Shown here: positions 1 to 9,590 of the stretch, in pieces
Position numbering within the stretch: the first letter of the stretch is position 1
Layout: every line of letters begins with the position of its first letter
From: an uncultured delta proteobacterium
GTDB lineage: Bacteria; Desulfobacterota; Binatia; UBA9968
Direction of reading: 5' to 3'
NCBI GenBank assembly: GCA_963737905.1
Contig: CAVTUQ010000025.1
Location: 96,001 to 160,000 of the forward strand
Length of the DNA: 64,000 nt
Program-made: the position numbers and the translations under genes
Notes under the pieces: model-generated
Told to the model about the DNA's origin: nothing
Databases searched by the model: none
The model's input: the letters and a program-made list of their open reading frames with translations, nothing else

Positions 1-561
1 TCCTTGGACCTGCGCGAAATTCGCGGCGCCGGCGGTTCTTGGGGGTTCATTTACTACCATCCGGAGCTGGGAGAGAAGTTTATCCGGCGTCTTTACGGCG
101 AAATGGCGGTGACGATGGTCGGCGACTTGCGGCAAGCCGTGGATTGGCTGGCCAACGGAAAAGTCGCTTTGTGTCTGCCTTGCCAGGACTCGACGGTGGT
201 TAAGGCGAAGAATCAGGGGCTTCCCGTTTCATCTTTTCCGCCCTATCATTTTAAGGAAGGCATCAATATTTCCTCGGCCTTCGGCCAATTGGCGCTTATC
301 AATCGAGCACCCCATCCAAACGCAGCCAAGGTCTTTATCAACTGGTATCTGTCGCGGGCCGGTCAGGCCGCATTCCAAAAAATTATGAGCATTCCGGGGG
401 ACGCTAAAAACTCGCGGCGTATCGACGTGCCCAAAGATCACATTCCCCCGGAAGAGCAGCGCAAGGACGGCCTGGCCTATTTCGACACCGACGCGCCTGG
501 CTCCAAGGATCTCAGGCCGTTGGGCAAGCTTTTGAGCCAGGTCATCCCGAAGCAAAAATAA
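1..561 (+). CDS. ABC-type extracellular solute-binding protein (Fe3+/thiamine-like family), 5'-partial
   Basis: Frame open from base 1; motif APHPNAAKVFINWYLSRAGQ; clear paralog of 15841..16974 and 19705..20889. Confidence 0.85.
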   Translation, partial: SLDLREIRGAGGSWGFIYYHPELGEKFIRRLYGEMAVTMVGDLRQAVDWLANGKVALCLPCQDSTVVKAKNQGLPVSSFPPYHFKEGINISSAFGQLALINRAPHPNAAKVFINWYLSRAGQAAFQKIMSIPGDAKNSRRIDVPKDHIPPEEQRKDGLAYFDTDAPGSKDLRPLGKLLSQVIPKQK

Positions 562-658
562 AGAATTCGGGATCAAGCACAGTGTCCCGGGTCGGACCAG
601 AGCAACCCATTGGCGAGACCCCTAACGCAGGCATCTTGTGCTTCGGCTTTATCTAGAC

Positions 659-1093
659 CTACGACTTTACGATCTCTTCGTACGGCGGTTCCGGCATTCC
701 CTTGTTCCAGCTTGGGTCGCGGATCTCGAGACGGTTCCCGCTGGGATCGTAAAAGTAGAGCTCTCGCCCGGTGAAATAACCTTTGGCGCGGTATTCCAGC
801 TCGACGATGGGAATCTTCTTTTCGTGAAACGTCTTGCAAGCCTGCACGAACCCGTCGGGGCTTACCGTGAAGGAATGATGCACGCGATCTTCGACGATGG
901 TTTCATCCTGCGGCTTCTCCCGCTCGCACAAAAGGATGTTATGATCGCCGACATTAAAGCAGGACATCACGTTGTTGCTGAGGCGCCCGACCGGCTTGAG
1001 CCCGAGCAGCCCGCCGTAGAAATCCTCGGATTCCTTTAAGTCGTTGACCGGAATCGACCAGTGAGTAACTCCTTCGATTTTGAACGTTGCCAT
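659..1093 (-). CDS. VOC family (glyoxalase/bleomycin resistance) protein
   Basis: THWSIPV..DL..SEDFY, HHSFTV and YFYDPSGNRLE motifs; ATG at 1093 with AGGAGG RBS. Confidence 0.88.
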   Translation of the reverse strand: MATFKIEGVTHWSIPVNDLKESEDFYGGLLGLKPVGRLSNNVMSCFNVGDHNILLCEREKPQDETIVEDRVHHSFTVSPDGFVQACKTFHEKKIPIVELEYRAKGYFTGRELYFYDPSGNRLEIRDPSWNKGMPEPPYEEIVKS

Positions 1094-1429
1094 GAAAACC
1101 TCCTTTTCGTTGCGTCCATGCAGACGGTGAGAAATCACTCCTCATACGACAAGACAGCTTAGCATAAAATGCATCGCAATTGGCAACAGTAAAACCCGGA
1201 GGGTTCCACCTTTTTGTGAAAGAGTTCAAATCGTTCAAATGGGGAAACGCGTCGATTTAGATGTATAAGTCAACACCCATCATTTGGCAGTCGACTTACA
1301 AGTTCTCATCGTCGATCGGAGAAATAGAATCTGCATCTGCGGGAGCGCTTTGTACAAATCCAGTGTTGCAAGTTCGAGGTATGTCGCGATGCGGAACTCA
1401 AAGAAAAATAAAAAGGAGCTTGTGGCCGC

Positions 1430-1849
1430 TTAAATAGATTGCTTTCCCATTAACCCCGCCATTTTTGCTTTTAATGTGCTTTTAGCGGTTTCAGACTTAT
1501 ACCACAAGAGCGACCTATCAACGAATACAATCGCCACAATTTCGCTATTATAAACATCCGGGATTGCGTGTCCGTACTCATCTAAACGTTGCTTTAATGC
1601 TTGAAGGGTAACCAGTAAACCGTGATCGGTATTATAAAAGCCGATCATATAGTCCATGATATTATTATTTTGGCTTGAAAATGGCTCCTCGCCAATGATT
1701 TTTCTGCTGCAGTTTTCCAAAAGCTTTTGGACATCAGAATTCATTGTTTTCGAAATGAATTCCCGTCTTTCATCTGCGCACAGACCAGGCGCCATCAGTG
1801 CAAACACCAATACCGGCAAAAATAGGGCCGCCAAAAAGATTTTTTTCAT
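1430..1849 (-). CDS. Hypothetical secreted protein, AT-rich
   Basis: 139-aa ORF with signal peptide MKKIFLAALFLPVLVFALMAPGLCA; sigma54 promoter upstream. Confidence 0.65.
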   Translation of the reverse strand: MKKIFLAALFLPVLVFALMAPGLCADERREFISKTMNSDVQKLLENCSRKIIGEEPFSSQNNNIMDYMIGFYNTDHGLLVTLQALKQRLDEYGHAIPDVYNSEIVAIVFVDRSLLWYKSETAKSTLKAKMAGLMGKQSI

Positions 1850-1966
1850 GAACTACTCTATTTTCATTTCTTTTTTAGGGCCATCCCGGCTCAGGGACGA
1901 CTGACCCCGCACAGAAATCGCGCTTCTTATGGCAGGGTAGACTGCAGTCAATTCTCTTTCACTGTG

Positions 1967-1982
1967 GCAATCCACGTGCCAG
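1967..1982 (-). promoter_or_regulatory. Sigma54 (-24/-12) promoter
   Basis: Minus strand reads cTGGCACgtggaTTGC, matching TGGCAC-N5-TTGC exactly, ~120 nt upstream of 1849. Confidence 0.7.
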
Positions 1983-2253
1983 CAGAAGCGCTTGAAGTTT
2001 AGTGAGCAAACCTTTCACAGTGTTTGAATAACTAGACACTCGGAGTCAGGGTTGGTAAGAAATTCACTCACCGTCGCTTTTAATCTAAAAAACTCGCAAA
2101 GGCCGTCAACGGTCTCAAAAATGATGCGACGATGAATTCAATTCTGGCGGCTGGCTTTTTCCTTGATGCTCCATCTCCTCTGAAACCGCTTGACATTGAC
2201 CTCGCGGACAACTTAGCCTCCGCCAGGACGGCCAAATTACAAGGAGGTGGCTC

Positions 2254-3288
2254 ATGGCCAAGGCACTCGGCGTATTTTTGCTCCCTATCTTTATCCCGGT
2301 AGCGCTGATGACCTCGGCGCTCGCCGCCTCGGTGGAGGAATTCTACAAGGGTAAAACCATCCAATTCATCGTCGGTGGCTCCGCCGGTGGAGGCTATGAT
2401 ACGTACACCCGGCTGATCGCGCGCCACTTCCCTCAATACGTTCCCGGCAAACCGTCCACTGTCGTTCAAAACATGCCTGGAGCGGGTATGCTGATCGCGG
2501 CGAATTACACCTTTAATAGCGCTCCCCGCGATGGAACGGTCATCGGGCATTGGTCCGGCCCGCTTATTTTACAGCACATGATGGGGAACCCTGCGGTGCA
2601 ATTTGAGGGGCGCAAGTTTGGCTGGCTCGGCATGCCGACGTCGGATGCGCTTGTTTGCATACTGACCGAACGCAGCGGGATCAAGACGGCAGAGGAGTGG
2701 CGCAAGGCCAAGACGCGAGTCAAGCTGGGGGCGATTGGCCCGGGCACCAGCGGAACCGATGACACCAAGCTTCTCGCTGCGGCCACGGGTTTCCCCTTGC
2801 AGCTCATCGAGGGCTACAAGGGTACGGCCGACATCAGGGTTGCAGCGGAAACAGGGGAAGTCGACGGTACCTGCGCCTTTGGCTGGCAATCGGCCAAGGT
2901 GACTTGGGCCAACGCGCTGCGGGCAGGAGAGGTTCATGTGGTGCTCCAGACAATGCTCGAGCCTCACCCCGAGCTGAAGGGTGTCCCTCTCGCCGTCGAT
3001 TATGCCAAGACCGAAGAAGGGAAAAAACTCCTCCGCATCGCCAGCGAGCTTTACGGCAAACAGAGACTCTATTCTCTTCCGCCACAAGTGCCTGAACAGC
3101 GTGTGCGAACACTGCAAAAAGCTTTCATCAGTACTCTGAAAGATCCTCAGCTTCTGGCCGAGGCAGAAAAGGCGAAGCTCGAGATCGACCCAATCGATGG
3201 ACCCGGCATAGAAAAGTTGGTGAACGGCCTGTATGAAATGGAGCCCGCCATCGTCACTCGAGTTAAACAGTTGCTGGAGTCAAAGTAG
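2254..3288 (+). CDS. Tripartite tricarboxylate transporter substrate-binding protein (Bug/TctC family)
   Basis: FYKGKTIQFIVG.SAGGGYDTYTR, VQNMPGAG and GYKGTAD motifs; AGGAGG RBS. Confidence 0.92.
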   Translation: MAKALGVFLLPIFIPVALMTSALAASVEEFYKGKTIQFIVGGSAGGGYDTYTRLIARHFPQYVPGKPSTVVQNMPGAGMLIAANYTFNSAPRDGTVIGHWSGPLILQHMMGNPAVQFEGRKFGWLGMPTSDALVCILTERSGIKTAEEWRKAKTRVKLGAIGPGTSGTDDTKLLAAATGFPLQLIEGYKGTADIRVAAETGEVDGTCAFGWQSAKVTWANALRAGEVHVVLQTMLEPHPELKGVPLAVDYAKTEEGKKLLRIASELYGKQRLYSLPPQVPEQRVRTLQKAFISTLKDPQLLAEAEKAKLEIDPIDGPGIEKLVNGLYEMEPAIVTRVKQLLESK

Positions 3289-3482
3289 GGAACCAGGAGT
3301 CAATCAACTCGCCGTGGGTGCGTAGTTTGTGAGTTGTTAAAATCAGGAAACACCCATATCTTCCTGGAGGAATATCGAATTGCCGAGATAGAGCGCGGTT
3401 TGACCCACCCGTACCGCAAGCCCCTTTCCTGTATGAACGGAGCCGCGATCACTACGAGTAGGATGCTCCGCCATACCTGCAA

Positions 3483-4814
3483 ATGGAGCCTGGCCTGACC
3501 GACACATACGCCACTGAGACATTCGTCAAAAAACGGCGGCGGATTTTTTTCGGTTGGTATCTCGTCGCCGCAAGTGTAGCGGCCAACACCATCTTCTCCG
3601 CCGCCTATTTCCAGGGATTCGGCGTTCTCATTCTTCCCATAGAACGCGCCTTCGGCTGGGACCGTTGGGTCATTTCAGCCGCCATGTCGCTGCGCCAGTT
3701 GGAGTCCGGCATTGTCAGTCCCGCCGTCGGCTTCCTGCTGGACCGCTTCAGTTCGCGCAAGTTGATTTTCTGGAGCGCCATCATCTCAGCGGTTGGCTTC
3801 ATCGGCCTCAGCTTCACCAACGGCATCGTCATGTTTTTTCTCTTCTTCGTGGTTATTTCCCTCGGAGCATCCGGCGTCAGCCATGCGGTCACCTGGCCCG
3901 TGATCATCTCGCGGTGGTTTCGTCGCAACCGCGGTCTCGCCATGGGGCTTGCGGTAACGGGTCCCCTCTTCGGCTCGCCTATTGTCATACTGAATACACA
4001 GATCGAGGAGGCGTACGGCTGGCGCGTCGTCCTTATCGGCTACGGCATCCTGGTCTTGGTCGGCGTCACCTTGCTCAGCATGCTCGTGCGCGACCGGCCG
4101 GAGCCCTACGGTCTTTGCCCTGACGGCGACCCGCCAGAGGACGGCACCTCCACGGAACGCCCTTCCGGCCTAACGCCACGTCGGCCGGATACCGGGCTTA
4201 CGCTCCACGCGGTGCTCCGCACCAAGGAGTTCTGGTTGTTCACGAGCTACTTGGCGGGTACCTTCACCGTAAACTCCGCCTTCCAAGTGCATATGATTCC
4301 TTACTTCCAGCAAGACATCGGCCTCACCGCAGCGTGGGCGGCCGTGGTCATGTCCATGGTCTTTATCATCAGCGGCATTGGGCGGATCGGCGGCGGCTAT
4401 CTGCTCGACAAGATGGACTATCGCTACGTGCTGGCAGTCGTCGCGGCGATGATGGGCTTTGCCCTGTTGTATCTCGAGATGGTCGACGTCACTACTGTCT
4501 CGGCGACATTTCCTTTCGCGCTGATGTTCGGCGTCAGCTTCGGCTGCCTTGTTCCCATGCGCGGCGCCGTGGGCAGCATCATGTTCGGCACACGGGCCAT
4601 CGGAGGAATCCTTGGCCTTCTGCAGGGAGGGTCCATTGCGGCGGGGATGATCGGTCCCCTGGTCATGGGCTTCATCTTCGACCTGAACGGGAACTACTCT
4701 GTCGCCATCCGGGGACTCATCGTCATCAGCGCCCTCATGGTGCCGCTGTCCCTGGCCATGGCATCCCCCGCCGCCTTGGCCAAGCGCATTGGGACGGCGG
4801 CCGACCAGCGATAG
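3483..4814 (+). CDS. MFS transporter (MCT/OxlT-like)
   Basis: About 12 hydrophobic segments; GFLLDRFSSR motif A; WF.RNRGLAMG. Confidence 0.9.
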   Translation: MEPGLTDTYATETFVKKRRRIFFGWYLVAASVAANTIFSAAYFQGFGVLILPIERAFGWDRWVISAAMSLRQLESGIVSPAVGFLLDRFSSRKLIFWSAIISAVGFIGLSFTNGIVMFFLFFVVISLGASGVSHAVTWPVIISRWFRRNRGLAMGLAVTGPLFGSPIVILNTQIEEAYGWRVVLIGYGILVLVGVTLLSMLVRDRPEPYGLCPDGDPPEDGTSTERPSGLTPRRPDTGLTLHAVLRTKEFWLFTSYLAGTFTVNSAFQVHMIPYFQQDIGLTAAWAAVVMSMVFIISGIGRIGGGYLLDKMDYRYVLAVVAAMMGFALLYLEMVDVTTVSATFPFALMFGVSFGCLVPMRGAVGSIMFGTRAIGGILGLLQGGSIAAGMIGPLVMGFIFDLNGNYSVAIRGLIVISALMVPLSLAMASPAALAKRIGTAADQR

Positions 4815-4956
4815 ACGCAGTTGACCTACGTCCGCTAGCCTCACCTGGCTACTTTTTTATATCCGCGTATCCGTTAGTATACTTTTTTTCATCGGCGTTC
4901 CGTCTAAAAACTCTTCTGCCAACTAGGTTTTTCACCCGCCAGCTAGTCTCACCGGC

Positions 4957-4973
4957 TTGGCACATTAATTGTC
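4957..4973 (+). promoter_or_regulatory. Possible sigma54 promoter
   Basis: tTGGCACattaaTTGTc; one mismatch at the -12 element; ~85 nt upstream of 5057. Confidence 0.4.
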
Positions 4974-5056
4974 ATAGCAAATAGACGAGTGCGGCAGCCA
5001 ACTAAGAAATTTCGATGATGATGCTCGCGCTCGGGTTCCCAGGACGGGAGAGGCAA

Positions 5057-5299
5057 ATGGATAACGCAAATACTGAAAGTGCAATTAAAGACCGTTTCAT
5101 TGTTACTGTTGTGGCTCTCTATCTGTTGGGTGTCGGCTTTCTCAGCGGAATGCTCGTCGATCACATTCGCTTCGACGAAGCCAGAAGCGAGCTCCTCACA
5201 AGACTCGAGGAAGACAGTCACAGCGTACACCAGCGCCTGATGGCGCTCGAGCGCGAAGAGAGCCGGGAAAGAAACATCCCTGGAGCAGGGGGGAATTGA
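5057..5299 (+). CDS. Small single-TM/coiled-coil hypothetical protein
   Basis: GGGAGAGG RBS before ATG 5057; one TM helix then a charged helix; stop abuts or overlaps the next start. Confidence 0.6.
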   Translation: MDNANTESAIKDRFIVTVVALYLLGVGFLSGMLVDHIRFDEARSELLTRLEEDSHSVHQRLMALEREESRERNIPGAGGN

Positions 5300-6723
5300 T
5301 TATGAATCACGTCGATCGAATCCAAGAACATGCCAAACGAACCAGGAAAAAACTTCTTGCCTCTTGCGCCGGCTCGTTAACTCTCGTAGCAGCACTCATC
5401 GTCGGAGTGTCAACCACCGTCACATCAGAATCCCCGTTCTTACCCAATAACCTTTCTTTCAAGAATTCATTCGGTTTGCACGCAACCTTCAGCACCGATG
5501 GACCGATCGACTTAAGGAATGAGTTTTTCCAGAATCTCGGCACCAATGGCCGCAGCTGCGTCACCTGCCACCGGGCCGAGGAAGGCTGGACCGTTACTCC
5601 GGCGGGCGTGCAAAGGCGATTCGAGCAGACGAAAGGAACCGATCCGATCTTCCGCACCAATGACGGATCGAACGCGCCGAATGCCGACGTGTCGAGCCTC
5701 AACGCGCGCCGCGCCGCCTACAGCATGTTGCTCACGAAGGGACTGATTCGTGTCGGTATCGGCATTCCGGACAACGCCGAGTTCGAACTCGTCGGGGTTG
5801 ACGATCCCTACGAGTTCGCCAGCGCCTCCGAGCTGTCGCTATTTCGCCGTCCGCTTCCGGCGACCAACTTGAAGTTTTTAAGCGCGGTCATGTGGGATGG
5901 ACGCGAGACATTTTCCGGGGAGACAATACATTTTGACTTAAGCCACCAAGCGAATTCCGCCACCACAGGCCACGCTCAAGGCGCAGACCTTACAGATCAG
6001 CAGCGTGAGAGTATCGTGGCCTTCGAGACGGCGCTTTTCACCGCCCAGATTCACGACGCGCAAGCCGGCCGGTTAACCGCGCGCCAAGCCAAAGGTGGGC
6101 CGGTGAACCTCGCGAACCAGGAGTTCTATATCGGTATCAACGATCTCTTTGGCGACAACAAAACCGGGCTGCCTTTTGATCCAATTGTTTTCAACATCTA
6201 CGATGCCTGGAAAGGCTTGTCCGGCGGGGTAAAGAATCGGGCGCGTGCGTCAGTAGCGCGCGGAGAAGAATTATTCAACACAAAATTGATCCGCATTAGC
6301 GATGTCTCCGGGATAAACGATGAGGCGGCATTTGGCAACCCGGCGGTGGTCAATGGGAGTTGCACCACCTGCCACGATGCGCCGAACTCCGGCGATCACT
6401 CCGTCGCTGCCCCGCTGAACATCGGGCTCACCGATGCCGAGCGGCGCACTCCCGACATGCCGCTCTACATTTTGCAAAACAAGACAACGGGGGAAATCAA
6501 ACTCACCACCGACCCGGGACGCGCGTTGATCACGGGGAAATGGAAAGACATCGGCCGCTTCAAAGGCCCAATCCTCCGCGGGCTGGCCGCGCGAGCCCCT
6601 TATTTCCACAACGGGTTTGCGAAAGATCTCAAGGCCGTCATTGATTTTTACGATGAGCGTTTTGGAATAGGCTTCACCGAACAAGAGAAGGCCGACTTGC
6701 TGGCGTTCTTGCGGACGTTGTAG
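5296..6723 (+). CDS. Di-haem cytochrome c, bCcP/MauG superfamily
   Basis: Two CxxCH (CVTCH, CTTCH); MWDGR; FKGPILRGL..RAPYFHNG; N-terminal export/anchor segment. Confidence 0.85.
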   Translation: MIMNHVDRIQEHAKRTRKKLLASCAGSLTLVAALIVGVSTTVTSESPFLPNNLSFKNSFGLHATFSTDGPIDLRNEFFQNLGTNGRSCVTCHRAEEGWTVTPAGVQRRFEQTKGTDPIFRTNDGSNAPNADVSSLNARRAAYSMLLTKGLIRVGIGIPDNAEFELVGVDDPYEFASASELSLFRRPLPATNLKFLSAVMWDGRETFSGETIHFDLSHQANSATTGHAQGADLTDQQRESIVAFETALFTAQIHDAQAGRLTARQAKGGPVNLANQEFYIGINDLFGDNKTGLPFDPIVFNIYDAWKGLSGGVKNRARASVARGEELFNTKLIRISDVSGINDEAAFGNPAVVNGSCTTCHDAPNSGDHSVAAPLNIGLTDAERRTPDMPLYILQNKTTGEIKLTTDPGRALITGKWKDIGRFKGPILRGLAARAPYFHNGFAKDLKAVIDFYDERFGIGFTEQEKADLLAFLRTL

Positions 6724-6787
6724 TTGCTACACAAGCGTCGTAGCCGGTCACCCGGTCGGACCTCTGCAGCTACTGGCTAATCCCCCG

Positions 6788-8486
6788 TCAAATCGACTGG
6801 CTCCGCAATACCTTGCCTGGATAGGCCCCGGTGTGCGAGCCGTTGTCCATTAACACAGCGCCGTTGACTATCGTGTAGTGAATTCCTCGGGCGTGCTGGA
6901 TGTAACGCGGCGCGCCTCCCGGAAGATCATTGACCTGCTCGGGCTTCTCGAGATCGATGGCCGCGGGGTCAAATACAAATACATCCGCGGCCATGCCCGG
7001 CCGCAGCAACCCGCGATCATGGATCCCGAAGATTGACGCGGGCATGAAAGTCAGCTTTCTAATGGCCTCTTCCATAGGCATGATGCCCCGCTGCCTTACC
7101 CAATAGCTGAGCAAAAAAGTTCCAAAGCCGAATCCCGGATTGGCGCTAGCGACGTGGGCGCCGGCATCCGACTGGCCCAGCATAACGTAAGGGCTCCGGA
7201 AGATCTCTGCCACAGCTTTTTCATCTCCCTGAGTGATGGAATCTTCGAAGACCGTCTCGAGCTCCTCGTCCAGAGATAAATCGAGGATTGCATCGATGGG
7301 CGATTTCCCCTGCAAGCCCGCGATTTCTTCGATGCTCTTTCCTTGAAGCTCCCTGTGGGCGGGGCGCCAAGTTTTGTTTACGAATATTGAGTCCCAGCGG
7401 CGAGAGAAGTTGATCGCAGGGCGGTCGGGATCCATTTCTGCCGCCAATTCTCTCCGAGTCTCTTGATGGCGAAGGGCTTCCTTACGGGCCTCCAGAGGCA
7501 TCGACACTACTTTTTTCCAGCCCGGCATCTCGTCGAGTCGATTGCTGTCTTTGAGGTTCCAGCGTCGCAGCGCCAACCGGGTACTGGTCATCGCGAAGCT
7601 CGCGGCCCCCCGGCGGGCGCGTTCTTCGACGTCGTCCAACTGCTTGCGCCAGAGGTCCGGCTCGCTCCACCGATGACGGATACTTTCGCCGATCAGAGGG
7701 CGGCGGGTTGCTTTCAAAATGGTGTCATACCACTGGCTGATTTGCGCAACGTGTTCGGGTGTCGCAAATGCGCCGTGAGTGAATTGCACCGCGCCGCGCT
7801 GGCTTTGGCCCACCACACGGCAAAGCCTCTCGATTTCATCAAGGCTGGCCAAACGGCTGGGGACCGGCTTGCCGTCTTCACGGAAATGGCTCTGGTTAGA
7901 GTTGGTCGAAAACCCAAACGCGCCTGACGCCATCCCTTGACGCACAAGCTCTTCCATCTCGGCGATCTCGGCGTCGCTCGCTTCCCGCTCGACGCTGGCT
8001 TCGCCCATTGCATGCTGTCGGACGGCACAGTGACCGACAAGCGTCGCCACATTGAGACCCAGGGGTTTGCGGCTCAGGGCATCCAGGTATTGTCCGTGGG
8101 TCGTCCATTCCCAGGGAATGCCGGCTTTCAAAGTATTGCGCGGCATGCTCTCGACCCGCACGAAGGTGCCGATCAAGCGCATCGCGACTCTCCGGCTTGC
8201 ACGGCGTCAAAGTCAGGCCGCAGTTGCCGAAAACAACGCTGGTAACGCCGTGTTCGTTGGAAGAGGAGCCCAGCGGGTCCCACCAGATCTGGGCGTCGAA
8301 GTGGGTGTGAAAATCGATGATGCCCGGCGCCACAGCAAGGCCGTCTGCGTCTAGAACTCGATTGGCCGCCTCGTTAATTCTGCCGATCGCCGCGATACGC
8401 CCGTCACGAATCCCGAGATCCGCGACGAACGACGGCATTCCGGAGCCATCATAAATCCGTCCATTTTTTACGAGCAGATCATACAT
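6788..8486 (-). pseudogene. N-acyl-D-amino-acid deacylase (amidohydrolase) split by a +1 frameshift near 8176
   Basis: ORF 7896..8486 gives the N-terminus (IDFHTHFDAQ, GVTSVVFGNCG); ORF 6788..8182 gives the rest (SDAGAH, RGLLRPGMAAD); junction GCG CTT G ATC GGC has one extra base; may be a sequencing error. Confidence 0.8.
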
Positions 8487-8617
8487 AGAAACTCCTTTGC
8501 CGCTTGCGTTTTAGCTATGCCCCCCGACAAGTCTTTATGTGGCCTAACAGGATCCGACTATATTTAGTAGGAGGACACGCTGGCAATGGCGTTTACAGTC
8601 CAGCAGCTAAAAACTCC

Positions 8618-9445
8618 TCACTCGCGCGATCCCAGGTGTATCCTGAAGAACTCTGTGACCACGGACCATGCCTGTTCGCTTTGCTCGGCTGTGAAGCCGT
8701 GTTCCCCGCCGCCAATGACCAGCAGCTCGACGTATCGATTGGCTTTTTGAAGCGCTTCGCGCATCCTCAAGCTCTGCTCGGCAGGCACCCATGTGTCACG
8801 GTCGCCGTGAATAAGCAGGACCGGAGCGCGGATCTGCTCGGCAACATGGATTGGGGAGTTCTGATCACCGGTTCCGCATACCAGCGGGACATAGAAGTTA
8901 CGGATCCCCACGTTACTCGTTGTCTCCTTCCACCGTTGAATATCGGTAATCGGGAAATACGCGACGATGGCTTTGATTCGAGCGCTACGAGTGCCGGAGA
9001 GTAAGGCCACTTGGCCGCCCAGAGAGAACCCCAGAACACCGATGGAGTCGGGATTAACGCCCGGAAGCGTTGCCAGCCAATCGGCGGCCTTCGCGACATC
9101 GTCGGGTTGCTGCGTTCCACAATCGTCACGTCCTGTGGAGGGTGGCCATCCTCGCATGGAAAGCGCCAGCGCAACGTATCCTTGTTCCGAAAGCCGTCGT
9201 GCCGTGCCTTCTACTCGCGAAGCGCCTGGCACGCCCGGTCGTGCCCAGCCATGTAACACGATGATCGCTCTTTGCGATTTCTCGTTGGTAGCAGGGCGAA
9301 AGAGGATCCCGCCGAGCGTAACACCGGACCCAGGCAAGCTGACTTCATATCGACCTGGATCGCTGACAGTCGCGACGTCGGTAACCGCCTGAGTACATCC
9401 CGCCGTGGCAAACGCGAGCAGTAACATCACCACAGTTCTAGGCAT
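8618..9445 (-). CDS. Alpha/beta hydrolase lipoprotein (S9 peptidase/dienelactone hydrolase-like)
   Basis: Lipobox TAGC; GFSLGG nucleophile; LIHGDRD; GEHGF. Confidence 0.88.
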   Translation of the reverse strand: MPRTVVMLLLAFATAGCTQAVTDVATVSDPGRYEVSLPGSGVTLGGILFRPATNEKSQRAIIVLHGWARPGVPGASRVEGTARRLSEQGYVALALSMRGWPPSTGRDDCGTQQPDDVAKAADWLATLPGVNPDSIGVLGFSLGGQVALLSGTRSARIKAIVAYFPITDIQRWKETTSNVGIRNFYVPLVCGTGDQNSPIHVAEQIRAPVLLIHGDRDTWVPAEQSLRMREALQKANRYVELLVIGGGEHGFTAEQSEQAWSVVTEFFRIHLGSRE

Positions 9446-9590
9446 AGATCACAACTCCAACATTGTATGCCGGCGGTGAGGAAGTCAAGAAAAAGAGAAA
9501 TCTTGACCGGCGTTTCAAATCGCAAGCATGAGCGTATCACAAGGGAACCCTGATTGAAGACCCGTGGGTTTGATGATAGACGAAACACCT

